Below, piece after piece: positions 52,798-63,729 of a stretch of DNA of 64,000 nt. The position numbers and the translations under genes were made by a program. The notes beneath the pieces were generated by a model, which made no database searches, was not told the DNA's origin, and was given only the letters and a program-made list of their open reading frames with translations. The DNA is from an uncultured delta proteobacterium (lineage in GTDB: Bacteria > Myxococcota_A > Polyangia > Polyangiales > Polyangiaceae): the NCBI GenBank assembly GCA_963806225.1, contig CAWDXG010000004.1, positions 64,001 through 128,000 of the forward strand. The letters are read 5' to 3'. Numbering within the stretch: position 1 is the first letter of the stretch; each line of letters opens with the position of its first letter.

Positions 52798-53334
52798 ATG
52801 ATGAACCAGGCGCCCAGCGAGGGCACGCACGCACAAGGTGGCGGCTACGGACCCCCTCCCGGAGGCTATGGGCCTCCCGGCGGCGCCCCGCCCGGCGCCC
52901 CGCCCGGTGGATACGGCCCGCCCGGTGGTGGCGCGCCTCCCGGTGCCCCGCCCGGTGGCTACGGTCCTCCCGGCGCCCCGCCCGGAGGATACGGCCCGCC
53001 GCCCGGTGGCGCGCCGATGCCCCCGCCTGGTGGCGGCCCCATGCCCGGCGGCCCGCCGATGGGCGGCGACGTTGAAGCGCTGAAGAAGCAGATGCAGACG
53101 TGGCTCATCATCGGTCTGGTCACTGGCTTCTGCTGCGGCGGCGGTCTGATCTCCCTGGTCGGCGCTCTGCTCGCCTTTCTCGGTGGCCAGTCCGCGCAGC
53201 GAGGTGACATCGCTGATGCCCAGAGCAAGCTGAAGATCGCCAAGATCCTGGTGATCGTCGGAGTCGCGCTGGGCGTGATTATCATCGGTCTGTGGTTCGC
53301 TCTGAGCGGACTGAGCATGCTCTCCAACATGTAG
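52798..53334 (+). CDS. Pro/Gly-rich small membrane protein (CD225/DUF4190-like)
   Basis: SD GAGGAG. Five GGYGPP repeats, then hydrophobic segments with a CC motif and GDIADAQSKLKIAK. Confidence 0.8.
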   Translation: MMNQAPSEGTHAQGGGYGPPPGGYGPPGGAPPGAPPGGYGPPGGGAPPGAPPGGYGPPGAPPGGYGPPPGGAPMPPPGGGPMPGGPPMGGDVEALKKQMQTWLIIGLVTGFCCGGGLISLVGALLAFLGGQSAQRGDIADAQSKLKIAKILVIVGVALGVIIIGLWFALSGLSMLSNM

Positions 53335-53350
53335 GCAGAGCCGCACACAT

Positions 53351-53387
53351 CACGGCAGGGTGCTTCCGCGTGAAGCTCCCTGCCGTG
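53351..53387. terminator. Strong hairpin between convergent genes
   Basis: CACGGCAGGG-T-GCTTC-CGCGT-GAAGC-T-CCCTGCCGTG. Confidence 0.6.
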
Positions 53388-53446
53388 CGCATTTCACGCT
53401 TCCACCGTGACCGGCTGGTGGCGCGCGCCGGGGAATAGCGACTCGC

Positions 53447-55162
53447 CTATTCGTAGGGATTCTTCTCGAGGCCTGCCGGCGTCTTCTCGCCGCCGCCGTG
53501 GTGTGCGGCCCGCGAAGCACCCTGGTGCGTGGGCCGTTTCGGCGCGCTCTCGGCGCTGTGGGCGCCTGCCACGCTGCGAACGCGGATTGCCGTGTTCTCG
53601 CGCGGGACGATGCTCTCGGTGATCACCGACTTGTCGTCGAAGCGGATGTTGACGGCGACTTCCTTGTCCGAGCGCGGGAGCTCGAATGCGGCACCGTCCG
53701 TGTTGAACGTGATGTCGCTGATCCCCGGGGCCCGGATCTCCGCGATGTCGGTGTCGGAGCTCAGCTGGATGCGCACGCGGTCAGGTCGAGCCTCGGCGGA
53801 AGCCGCGGGCCCGGCCGCGGCCGTGCTCGCGGAGGCGGCGGGCGTGGCGCTGGCCATCCGCTTTTCTGGCGTCGAGCCCCGTGACTGGACAACGAGAACG
53901 ACGAGCGCCGCCACCATCGCAGTTCCGGCCACGGCAATCGCGATCAGGAGACGACGCCTCCAGCGGTACCGCCGCAGCTCTTCTTCGCTGATAGCCGGCA
54001 CGACCTTGACGCTGTCCAGCGTCAGCGGTTGAGCGCCGGTGGAGCCAGTTCCGGCGTGGGACGGGGTCACCGACCCGGTGGACATGACCGGCGGACGCTT
54101 GCCCGACAGCACCTCGGAGATCAGCAACCGTCGCTCACGGATTTCCGCGCCGCAGAACTCGTCGACCAGACGCGCGACCTCGGACGGCGAACACAGGTCG
54201 CCGCTCTCGCGGGCGTAGCCCTCGAGCGCTTCGGCGAAGGCCTTGGCGGTGGGCCAGCGCTGGTTCGGGTCCACCGAAAGCGCCCGCATGACGATCCCCT
54301 CGAGCGGCGCCGGTACCGTGCTGTCGAAGCGGCTCGGGCGTGGGTAGTTGCCTTCAGAGACGGTGAGCAGGACCTCCACGTCGCTTTCGCCCTTGAAGAG
54401 CCGCTCGCCCGTCAGAAGCTCCCAGGCCACGATGCCGATGGCGAAGACGTCCACGCGACGGTCGAGCGCTCCGGCCCTGGCCTGCTCCGGCGCCATATAG
54501 CGGAATTTGCCCTTCGCCAGCCCGGTACCGGTGTGCACGGTGCGTTCGGCCGCCTTGGCGATGCCGAAATCCGTTAGCCGCGCCGTACCGTCGGTTCCAA
54601 GCAGGATGTTGTGGGGCGTGGCGTCGCGGTGCACCACGCCGAGCGGCTTGCCCTCGAGACTCTCCTGCTCGTGCGCAGCGTGCAGCCCGTACAGCGCGTC
54701 GACGAGGATGCGGAGCGCGGCCGGCCGGGGCACCTTCGTCTTTCGCTGCCTGGCGGCACGCATCACGTGCGCCAGGCTGGTCCCGTCGACGTAGTCCATG
54801 ACGAGCAGATGCTCGCCGTCGGCCTCGTGCACGTCGTGGACGTTGACCACGTTCGGATGACGGATCAGCGAGGCGATACGTGCCTCGTCCATGAACGAAG
54901 CCGCCAGTTCCGGCACAGCGCTGATGTGCCGGTGCATGCGTTTGATCGCGACCAGCCGCTCGAAGCCGCCCGCGCCGCGCTGCCGCCCGACGTAGACCGT
55001 CGCCATGCCGCCGGAAGCGAGCTCGACCAGAAGTTCGTAGCGGCCGACATAGGCTGCGCCACGCGCGCCCGCCTGTGCCGGAGCCGGCTGCGCCTGGATA
55101 TCCGAAAGCGACACCTCCTCGAGCAGCGCCCGCGTCGGTTCGTCGTCTTCGTTGTCGGTCAC
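53447..55162 (-). CDS. Transmembrane Hanks-type Ser/Thr protein kinase
   Basis: ASGGMATV, AIK, HRDATPHN, DFG and GKFRYMAPE, then a TM and a tail ending NPYE. Confidence 0.93.
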   Translation of the reverse strand: MTDNEDDEPTRALLEEVSLSDIQAQPAPAQAGARGAAYVGRYELLVELASGGMATVYVGRQRGAGGFERLVAIKRMHRHISAVPELAASFMDEARIASLIRHPNVVNVHDVHEADGEHLLVMDYVDGTSLAHVMRAARQRKTKVPRPAALRILVDALYGLHAAHEQESLEGKPLGVVHRDATPHNILLGTDGTARLTDFGIAKAAERTVHTGTGLAKGKFRYMAPEQARAGALDRRVDVFAIGIVAWELLTGERLFKGESDVEVLLTVSEGNYPRPSRFDSTVPAPLEGIVMRALSVDPNQRWPTAKAFAEALEGYARESGDLCSPSEVARLVDEFCGAEIRERRLLISEVLSGKRPPVMSTGSVTPSHAGTGSTGAQPLTLDSVKVVPAISEEELRRYRWRRRLLIAIAVAGTAMVAALVVLVVQSRGSTPEKRMASATPAASASTAAAGPAASAEARPDRVRIQLSSDTDIAEIRAPGISDITFNTDGAAFELPRSDKEVAVNIRFDDKSVITESIVPRENTAIRVRSVAGAHSAESAPKRPTHQGASRAAHHGGGEKTPAGLEKNPYE

Positions 55163-56142
55163 AGACCCCGGAACCTTCCGCTCAGCGACACCGAGCCCGG
55201 GCCGATGCCGAACGCCATGTGCTCTTCGGGGTGCTCGTCCTGGGTCGGCTTGCCGTGCCAATCGGTAGCGAACAGGCCGACGACGGCGGTAGCGACGCCC
55301 ACGACCGCGGTTGCGCCGAGCAGCACGTTGGTCCGCGTCTGCTTGCCCTGCCCGGCATCCAGTCCTGCCTGGGTCGGATGGGCGTTGAAGTTAGTGCGGG
55401 CCTTGTTGGTGTCGATGCCGCTCCAGACCGTAACGCCCGCGAGCACCGCGGTTGCGCCCGCACCGACATAGACGACCAACGGGGGCAACCCGCCATGCGC
55501 CGTCTTGCCCTGGTCGTGGCCAGTGTCGGGTCTAGCAGCGGGCTTCTCCGGCTTCGGCTCGGGTGGCGGCGGCGGCTCCAGCAGCACGTGCTCCAGGCTG
55601 CCGGCGACGACGCTGATGCGTCGCTCGACGCGCTTTCCGTCGAAACTGCCGCTGATCACGTGATCGCCGGGGTCGACGAAAGTCACGTCGAGCTCCGGCG
55701 CCTTGCCGTCGATCTGCACGTCGTTGGCGTCGTTATCGTCGATGTCGACGCGGCCGACCTTCGGGGTCAGCTCGGCGATCATCTTGTTCGCTTTTCGCCG
55801 CCGCTTGTCCTTTTCCGGCGCATCGCGCAGGTAGCGGGCACACAGGTTCGCGGCCCGCGTCAGCTCCCCCGCCTTCTCGTGGGCCTCGGCTGCATTGAAC
55901 AGCGCAGCCGGGTGCGGAGCAATCGCGTACGCTTCCTCGAAGGCCTTGGCCGCTGCGGTATAGTTGTGCCGGCGGAACGCCCGTTCACCCTTCCGGAACA
56001 TCTTCGCCGCCTCGGCGCGCGTGGCTCTGTCCAGCTTGTGGGTCGGAGCCGCGTGGATCGGCGGCGAATACGTGGCCGCCGTCGCGCACGAGGCTCCCAC
56101 GAGCAGGCCTGCAAGCATGGAAGAGCGCATATCCCGAGCCAT
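55159..56142 (-). CDS. TPR + PEGA-like exported protein
   Basis: TPR (AAKAFEEAY..LFNAAEA), a PEGA-like segment, two hydrophobic Gly-rich segments and C-terminal VSLSGRF. Overlaps the kinase start. Confidence 0.85.
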   Translation of the reverse strand: MARDMRSSMLAGLLVGASCATAATYSPPIHAAPTHKLDRATRAEAAKMFRKGERAFRRHNYTAAAKAFEEAYAIAPHPAALFNAAEAHEKAGELTRAANLCARYLRDAPEKDKRRRKANKMIAELTPKVGRVDIDDNDANDVQIDGKAPELDVTFVDPGDHVISGSFDGKRVERRISVVAGSLEHVLLEPPPPPEPKPEKPAARPDTGHDQGKTAHGGLPPLVVYVGAGATAVLAGVTVWSGIDTNKARTNFNAHPTQAGLDAGQGKQTRTNVLLGATAVVGVATAVVGLFATDWHGKPTQDEHPEEHMAFGIGPGSVSLSGRFRGL

Positions 56143-56194
56143 CGTAGCTTGGTCCGCCTGGCCGAGCCACATCCGCGACGGCCGGGATCGGCCG

Positions 56195-57397
56195 TCAGCC
56201 GCTCGCGCCGGCGCCCAGCCAGCGGTCGATGATGGCCCCGAGCTGGTCCTGTTCGGCCAACTCCAGTAGCGCCACACTCAGCCGGTGCTGGAGTGCGGGA
56301 TCGTCCCGCACGGCGAAGCCGTAGCCCTGCGGTTCGTAGGATTTCGTCGAAACCTCCAGATTGGAGCTCGGATGCTGCTTCAGATAGTACTGCAGCATCG
56401 GACGATCGAAGACCACCGCGTCCGCCTTGTGGGCGGTGACGCGCTGCACCGCCTGGGGCAGGTCACGGGTCTCCACCAGGCGCGCCCCGTGGCGGGCCGC
56501 AAGCCGGGCGCCGGTGGTGCCGCGGACCACCGCCACCGGGTGCCGCGACAGTTGCTCGATGCGCTGGATCGACCCCGTGTCCAGCTGCGACAGCGTGAGC
56601 GCGGTCGCGATGCCCGCAGTCAGCGAGCTCGCCGAGATCAGGGCGATCACCATCCACACGCCCGCCACCACGCGACCGGCGAGCGACAGCGGCACGCGGT
56701 CGCCGTAGCCAACCGTGGTCATGGTGACGAGGGCCAGCCAGATGCCGTTGCTGATGCCCCGGAGCGGCGTCTCGGGAAACTGTTCCGGGTTGTGATGGCG
56801 CTCTGCGAGCCAGAGCAGTGTGCCGACAACGAGCAGCACCAGCAGGAGGGCTCCCACGCCGGCGGCAAACGCGCGGCTCGCGAAAGGCCTGATGCGGCTC
56901 CACAGACCGCCGCGTTCCGGCGCGAGGATGGCAAGGCTCGCCTGGAAATACGGCTGGGTGAAACGGACGCGTTTCGAGCGCGCGGCCGTGATGCTGATCG
57001 GGCCAACGGCGACATCCAGCTTGCCGGACGCGACGTCGGCGAGCGCGGAAGCCACGCTTTTCTTCGAAACCAGCTTGAACCGCACGCCGGCGCGAGCCGC
57101 TACGGCGCGCCAGACCTCGAGGCTCAGCCCGTGCGGCGGGCTGCTGTGCCCGATCACGAACGGTTCTGAACCAGCAACGCCCACGGCCAGCATTCGAGCG
57201 GGTGCAGGCGGGACTCCGGCCTCCGGCGCGGCATCGGCAGCCGGTCCGCCGTCCGGTGTCGCGGCGTCCGCGGCGGTCGACGCGGCATCGGTTCCGCCCT
57301 CCGGAGTCGGTGCCGCCGACGCGATCCCACAGATCAGCAGCGCCCAGAGCAGAGCGCACAGCGTGACCCAGGCGCGGTGGAGCCGATGCGGACGCAT
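56195..57397 (-). CDS. GluR0-like ligand-gated K+ channel
   Basis: S1 (EPFV, ISITAAR, FTQPY), TM1, pore helix with TTVGYGD, TM2, and S2 (GTTG, DAVVFD, YGFA). Confidence 0.88.
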   Translation of the reverse strand: MRPHRLHRAWVTLCALLWALLICGIASAAPTPEGGTDAASTAADAATPDGGPAADAAPEAGVPPAPARMLAVGVAGSEPFVIGHSSPPHGLSLEVWRAVAARAGVRFKLVSKKSVASALADVASGKLDVAVGPISITAARSKRVRFTQPYFQASLAILAPERGGLWSRIRPFASRAFAAGVGALLLVLLVVGTLLWLAERHHNPEQFPETPLRGISNGIWLALVTMTTVGYGDRVPLSLAGRVVAGVWMVIALISASSLTAGIATALTLSQLDTGSIQRIEQLSRHPVAVVRGTTGARLAARHGARLVETRDLPQAVQRVTAHKADAVVFDRPMLQYYLKQHPSSNLEVSTKSYEPQGYGFAVRDDPALQHRLSVALLELAEQDQLGAIIDRWLGAGASG

Positions 57398-57575
57398 CCC
57401 GCCGGGGTAGCTCCCGCGGAGCGACGTTTCAACCCGGATGTCGTGGGACACAGCTCGCGGCAGGCCGGGAACACACGGGCTCCACACGCCTGGACAGCCG
57501 GCGCCGCGACAGCACTACATATATGGCCGCGCGGCGCCGCCCGGCGCGGTCGGGCACACGAGGAGGCGCGGCTGC

Positions 57576-58367
57576 CTACGGAAGGCGCGTCAGGAAGTGC
57601 GTCAGCGCCGCGTTGAAGGCCTCGACATCTGCCAGATTCACCACGTGGCCCGCGCCCTCCACGACGACGAGCTCGGGAGCCGGCAGCGCCTGCGCGAGCT
57701 TTTGCGTCACTTCAAGAGACCCCGCGTCCCGGCTTCCCACCACGAGCAATACCGGCATCGCCAGATCGGCCAACTGGTCCCGCATCGCAGCCACGTCCGG
57801 TTGCGCGGCCAGCAGGTGCCGGAGCGTGCTCGACAGCGCGTGGCGTGGGTGTTCGAGGAACCCCTGGCGGATCAGACGGGCCCCGTCCGGGTCGAATCGT
57901 GACCGCTCGCCCCAGACGAACTCCGAACCGGCGGCGTCCACCCCGCGCTCGTCGATCGCGTCGGCGAACGCGAGAGCCCAGGGCCGACCCGCCTGCGACC
58001 TGGGCGGGGACGGGAACGCCGCGAGCACCAGACCCCTCACCCTTTCCCGATGCGCCAGCGCGAATCGCAGCGCCACGCCGGCACCCATGCTGAGCCCTCC
58101 CACCACGACGCTCTGCTCACCGGTGCGGTCGACCACGGCCAGGAGATCCTTCACGAAGCACTCCGGTTCGTACTGGGCCGGCTCCCGGGGGGCCTCGCTC
58201 CGGGCGTGACCGCGGGCATCGTAGAGCACGACGCGATAGCGGTCTGAAAACGCGCGCGCCTGCGGACGGAAATTGCGGGCGCTGCCGCCGAAACCGTGTG
58301 CCAGGACCACCACCGGTCCCGTGCCGGCCTCCTCCACGTGAAGCTCGACTGCCGTGCAACCGCTCAA
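57576..58367 (-). CDS. Alpha/beta fold hydrolase
   Basis: HGFGG, DARGHARS, GLSMG nucleophile elbow and GAGHVVN. TTG start overlaps the ADH stop. Confidence 0.88.
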   Translation of the reverse strand: MSGCTAVELHVEEAGTGPVVVLAHGFGGSARNFRPQARAFSDRYRVVLYDARGHARSEAPREPAQYEPECFVKDLLAVVDRTGEQSVVVGGLSMGAGVALRFALAHRERVRGLVLAAFPSPPRSQAGRPWALAFADAIDERGVDAAGSEFVWGERSRFDPDGARLIRQGFLEHPRHALSSTLRHLLAAQPDVAAMRDQLADLAMPVLLVVGSRDAGSLEVTQKLAQALPAPELVVVEGAGHVVNLADVEAFNAALTHFLTRLP

Positions 58368-59528
58368 AGACAATCCCGGTACAGCTGCGCCACGTCCTCG
58401 GGCTCCGGGTAGCGCGGCGTGGCGGCCATCAGCGGATCTGCAAAGGCGTCCTCTACCAGCGTGGGGATCATCTCCGGCGTCGATGCCCAGGGCCCCGCCT
58501 CGCTTGTCCGTCCCCACGCGCGCCCTGAGTGCCTCCACCGCCGCGATCGCGCGCTGGCGTTGTCGGCATCGGATGCGCCGGGATCGGCAGCGCCCATGGC
58601 GATCGCGACCTGCGCATAGCGCGCCGTGCTGACCTCGAGGTTGAAGTGCATGACCAGAGGCAGCAGCGTTGCGAGCGACTGTCCGTGGGCCGCATCCAGC
58701 CGCGCGCTCAGCGGATGTCCCATGGCATGACACATGCCGAGCCCGGAGCTGGTGAACGCGATACCGGCTAGATGCGAGGCAAATAGCATCTGGCTGCGTG
58801 CCTCGAGATTCGTGCCCTCGTCGAAAGCGGCAGGCAAGAAACCCGGACCATGGCGATCGCGCGCAGCGCAACGGCATCGGACATGGGGTTCACCCGTGTG
58901 CAGGTGAACGCCTCGATGGCGTGGGTCAGTACATCCATGCCGCAGGTTGCGGTGACCGGAGCGGGAACGCGCAGCGTGAGTTCGGGGTCGAGCAGAATGA
59001 GCTTCGGCAAGACGCTCGGGTGACCGAGCAGCACCTTGCGCTTTTTTTCCGTGTCGGTGACCACACCGAACATGTTCGTTTCCGAACCGGTTCCCGCGGT
59101 CGTCGGCACAGCGATGATGGGGTGCCCGGCTTTGCCCGGCCGGCATCCGAACGGAAAGTCGGCCGGGGTACCTCCATTCGGTGCGATCAGCGCGATCGCC
59201 TTGGCGGCGTCCAGCGTGGAGCCGCCGCCGACGGCGATTACCACGGCCCGTGGGTCCGCTTGCAGGAGCGCGCTTCCCTCCTCCACGCACTCCGAGGTCG
59301 GGTTGGAGGTGACGCCGTCGAATACCCGGCTGCGATCCTGGCCTTCTTCAACGACGCCTGTACACGGTCGATGATGCCCGAACCCACCACGCCCTTGTCG
59401 GTCACGATGAACGCGCGCTCGTGCGCCAGCGACGTGACACGTTTGCCCAGCTTCTCGACGACCCCCGCCCCGAACGAGGTGCGCACGCCCGGCTGTAATT
59501 CGAGGCTCGTCTTCGACAACATCGCCAT
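58364..59528 (-). CDS. Iron-containing alcohol dehydrogenase, frameshifted
   Basis: IVTDKG, AVGGGSTLDAAK, PTTAGTGSE, GMDVLTHAIE, GMCHAMGH, HG. Confidence 0.9.
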
Positions 59529-59757
59529 CTGGTCCCTTTTTCCGGTTCGAGCGCGCGCAGAGTCGAGAACAAGACCGTTCTCGAGGTCCAGGCGTGGCAC
59601 CAGGCGTGCGCGCGCCGACACGGCTCGTCCCGCCGGAAAGGTAGCGAGACCCTCACGACCGGACAAGGCCGTTGAGCCGGTTATCCCGAAGGGCGCCCGT
59701 AGAACGGCAGCGGGCTTGACCGGACTGCGGACAATTCCTATGCGACTAGGCTGACCC

Positions 59758-61955
59758 ATGCCGGCGCCCTCGCTCAACCGACCGCAACGCGCTGCGGTCC
59801 GGACCCTCTCGGGCCCGCTGCTGGTGCTGGCCGGTGCCGGCACGGGCAAGACGCGCGTCATCACCTATCGCATCGCCGAGCTCATCAAGCACGGCATCAA
59901 GCCGGGCCGCATCCTCGCGGTGACCTTCACGAACAAGGCCGCACGCGAGATGAAGGAGCGCGCGCTCGGGCTACTCGGGCGGAAGCGTCGCGGCAGCCAG
60001 CGCGCCGGAGATCTCCACGTTCCACTCGCTTGTGTGTGCGGGTGCTGAGGCGTCACATCACGCTGCTCGGCTACCCAGCGCAGTTCTCCATCTACGATCG
60101 CGGCGACCAGGAGAGCGTCGCGCGTTCGCGCTGTCCGCGACATCCGCGTCGGCCACGAGAAGCTGCGCCCGGGCGATCTGCTCGCGCAGATCGGCGCTGG
60201 AAGGGCGCAGTCCGTGCGCGCGGAGCAGCGCCATGGAGCTGGCCGAGACCGACAAGCAGCAGCTCGCTGCAATGGCCTACGAGCGCTACCAGGCCGCGCT
60301 GCAAGCGCCGCCGGCGCGGTGGACTTCGACGATCTGCTGCTGTGTACCGAGGAGCTCTTCCGCGAAGCACCCCGAAGCGCGCTTCGCCGAGGCCTCGCGC
60401 TTCGACCACCTGCTGATCGACGAGTACCAGGACACCAACGGCCTGCAGTACCGCATCGTGCGGGCGCTGGCGGAGCGGCATCGCAACATCTGCGTCGTGG
60501 GCGACGACGACCAATCGATCTACGGCTGGCGCGGCGCCGAGGTCACGCACATCCTCGAGCTTCGCGAAGGACTGGCCGGACGCGAAGGTCGTCAAGCTGG
60601 AGGACAACTACCGCTCGCGCGAGCCGATCCTGCAGCTGGCGAACACGCTCATCGCCCACAACAGCACGCGTCACGACAAGAAGCTCCGCGCTTCGCGCGA
60701 GCGGCGGCGACGCCCCCCGTTTCCTGCGCTTCGAGGACGAGACCGCCGAGGCCCAGGCGGTGGTGCAGCGAGATCCGGCAGCGCCTCGACGCCGGCGGCG
60801 AGGACCGCGTTCTGCCCAGCGACATCGCAATCCTGTTCCGCACCAACGAGCAGCCGCGAGCTTTCGAAATGGAGCTCCGGCGCGCGCAGCATTCCGTACG
60901 TGCTGGTCGGCGGCATGTCGTTCTACGACCGCAAGGAAGTGCGCGACCTGCTTGCGTACCTGCGCGTGCTCGTCGAATCCCGCCGACGAGGTGTCGCTGC
61001 TCAGGATCATCAACACCCCGCCTCGGGGCATCGGCACCGGCACCGTGCAGACGCTGCTGTCCGACGCCGTGGCGCAAGGGCGAACCGCTCTGTGGAACGT
61101 GCTGCCCTCGGCGATGCACGACGGCCGGGTCCCGCATGCGGCGGCGTGAGCGCATCGAGCTGTTCCGTCGCATGATCGACGCCTATCGCGCGCGGCTCGG
61201 GCCAGGAGCCGCTGGCCGACGTGGTCTCGGCACCTGCTGCGACACGGTCGACTACCGCTCCGAGCTCGAGCGGCGTGTACAAGAACCCGGCCGACGTCGA
61301 GGCGCGCTGGAACTCGGTGGAAGAGCTGGTCAACGCGGTCGCGCAGTACGCGGCCCGCGCCGATCATCCCGTCCCTGCTCGGCTTCCTCGAAGAGACCGC
61401 GCTTGCGGGCCGCGAGGACATGCGCGACGACAAGACCGACAAGCGGCAGGTGCACGCCGTCACGCTGATGACGCTTGCACAGCGCCAAGGGGCTCGAGTT
61501 CCCGCACGTGTACATGGTGGGAATGGAGGAAGGCCTCCTGCCGCACCAGCGTTCGGTTGCCGACGGCGGACAGCAGATCGCCGAGGAACGGCGCCTGTGC
61601 TACGTGGGCGTGACGCGCGCGCAGGACACGCTCGCTCTCACGCTGTCCAAGGCGCGCATGAAGTGGGGCAAGCTCCGACCGCCATCCCGAGCCGGTTCCT
61701 GATGGAGATGCGGGGCGAGACCGACCGCGCGCAGCGCATCGCGGAGGCGTCCAGCGCCCGGCATCGAAGCAGGACGCGGCCCAGAAGAGCGAAGCCAACG
61801 GCGCCGCAGAAGAAACGGGCTGCGAAAACAGCGCCCAGCCAAGCGAACCGGCGAAAACGCGGAGTGCCGCGAAAGCCGAAAAGGAGTCGGCGACCGCCGC
61901 CGCCGGGCAACGGCGTCGCTCGGACCGACACGAGAGATCGAAAAGGAGTCGACGT
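59758..61955 (+). CDS. UvrD/Rep/PcrA family helicase, heavily frameshifted; 3' end uncertain
   Basis: [67 protein letters not shown]. Confidence 0.9.
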
Positions 61956-62621
61956 ATGTCCACAGCACTTGTTACTGGAGCGAATCGCGGCATCGGGCTC
62001 GAGCTCTGCCGTCAGCTTGCCGCCCGCGGCGACCAGGTGATCGCGGTCTGCCGCAAGCGCGGGGCCGGAGCTCGACAAGCTCGGCGTGCGGGTCGAGCAG
62101 GGGGTCGACGTGGCCGACGCCGACTCGGTCGAAGGCTCTGGCGCGCCGCTGGAAGGCGTGTCGCTGGATCTCCTGGTGAACAACGCCGGGGATGCTCGGC
62201 CACGAGGGGCTCGACCATCTGGACTTCGAGGCCATCCGGCGGCAGTTCGAGGTCAATGCGCTCGGTCCGCTGCGCGTAACCGCCGCGCTGCTTGCCCCTC
62301 TTGTCAAGGGCTCGAAGGTCGCCATCGTGAGCAGCCGCATGGGCTCGATCGCCGACAATTCCTCGGGCGGCAGCTACGGCTACCGCATGTCCAAGGCGGC
62401 GGTGAACGCCGCCGGCCGCTCGCTGGCCAACGACCTTGCGATGCGCGGCATCGCCGTGGTCATCCTCCACCCCGGCTTCGTCCGCACGGCGATGACCGGG
62501 CACAACGGCATGGTCGATCCGCCGGAGTCGCGCGCGAGGCCTTCTGGCCCGTATCGACGAGCTGGGCCTGGAGTCGACGGGCCGCTTCATGCACATGAGC
62601 GGCGAAGAGCTGCCCTGGTGA
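61956..62621 (+). CDS. Short-chain dehydrogenase (C-factor/CsgA-like subgroup), frameshifted
   Basis: SD AGGAG, TGANRGIG, NNAG, YGYRMSK, HPGFVRT and terminal GEELPW. Confidence 0.9.
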
Positions 62622-62649
62622 CCGGGAGAGCGGCGCCTGCGGGCGCCGC

Positions 62650-63729
62650 TCACGCGTCGAACGGGAGCTTTTCCCACTGTCCGCGATCCGCAGGGCCGCG
62701 GCATGCCCAGAGCGCCCGCTCGGCCGGCACGCACACGATGCAGGCGTTGGTGGCCGTTCCCTGATCGTCCTCCGGATAGCGGCAGATGCTGTCGAGGCCG
62801 TCAGCGCGGTCCGAGAACAGCGCGCGGATGCTGTCGACGCTCTGGCCCCGAGCGCCGAGCAGCGTGCGCATGCGTGACAGGCGGCGGAAGCTCGACGAGT
62901 TAGGCTCTTCACCCTGCTCGGAGACCAAGTGCTCGTCCAGGCAATGGTTCGTCCGCGCCAGAGCCTCGCCATCGAGGCTGCGCGCGACGCAGCGGTCGGC
63001 GCTGCATTCGTATTCCACCGCGCCGTCAGCGTCGGCGAGCCAGTAGGTGTGTGCAGCGGCTCGAGGCGCGCTCTCGATGATGCCCGCCGCCAAAGCCCGC
63101 GTGGTCGCCCGGATGGCGCGGTGCTGTATGGCCAGATAGCCGACGCCAACGCGCGAGCCACGGGTCTTTATGTTGGTGGTCCCGAGCGAAACGCCGTGGG
63201 CGTTCATGCCGATGAGCGACAGGCAGCCGACGCAGGTCACGCTCCACGTCTCGGGTCCTTCACTCGGCCGTCGGTGGACCGCGACCACGTACTCGAGATC
63301 GGTCGGGTTCAGATCCCAGGTCTGCGCTGCGATGAGCTGGCCGCTCGCCGTGCAATCGGCCGGCACCAGCAGCGCCGAGCAGCCCTCCGCATCGGCAGCC
63401 GGTGCCGGCAGCAGGACCACGTCGCGCACATCGGTCATGTTTCCTACGCTGTACAGCTCGGCCGCGTCCATCCCGGCGGCTTCCGCGATACCGCAGTGCT
63501 CCTCGTAGCCCTCCGCATCCCAGCGGGCGTACACGTCCAGACAGCGCCGGCCGACGTCGAAGAAGCGTTCCACGTCGCCGCTGCCGCGCTCGGCGAGGTA
63601 TTCGCGCAGCCGCTCGACCCGCTGCGTGGCGAAGGCCCGGATCGGCTTCCGGAGCTGTTCGCCCTGGGCGCGTCCGAGCTCGCGAGGCGGGCCGGAACAG
63701 TGGATGCGTCGGAGCTCGAGCAGGGTCAC
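62650..63729 (-). CDS. C45 family autoproteolytic acyltransferase/hydrolase
   Basis: LGRAQG, EG-CS processing site, AQTWD, IGMNAHG, RTNH. Confidence 0.85.
   Translation of the reverse strand: MTLLELRRIHCSGPPRELGRAQGEQLRKPIRAFATQRVERLREYLAERGSGDVERFFDVGRRCLDVYARWDAEGYEEHCGIAEAAGMDAAELYSVGNMTDVRDVVLLPAPAADAEGCSALLVPADCTASGQLIAAQTWDLNPTDLEYVVAVHRRPSEGPETWSVTCVGCLSLIGMNAHGVSLGTTNIKTRGSRVGVGYLAIQHRAIRATTRALAAGIIESAPRAAAHTYWLADADGAVEYECSADRCVARSLDGEALARTNHCLDEHLVSEQGEEPNSSSFRRLSRMRTLLGARGQSVDSIRALFSDRADGLDSICRYPEDDQGTATNACIVCVPAERALWACRGPADRGQWEKLPFDA

Noticed and set aside
52840..53060. CRISPR-like or mobile repeat
   Set aside because: The repeats are in-frame GGYGPP coding repeats with no spacers or cas genes.
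61956..62621. Calling the SDR csgA
   Set aside because: Subfamily resemblance alone does not show orthology.
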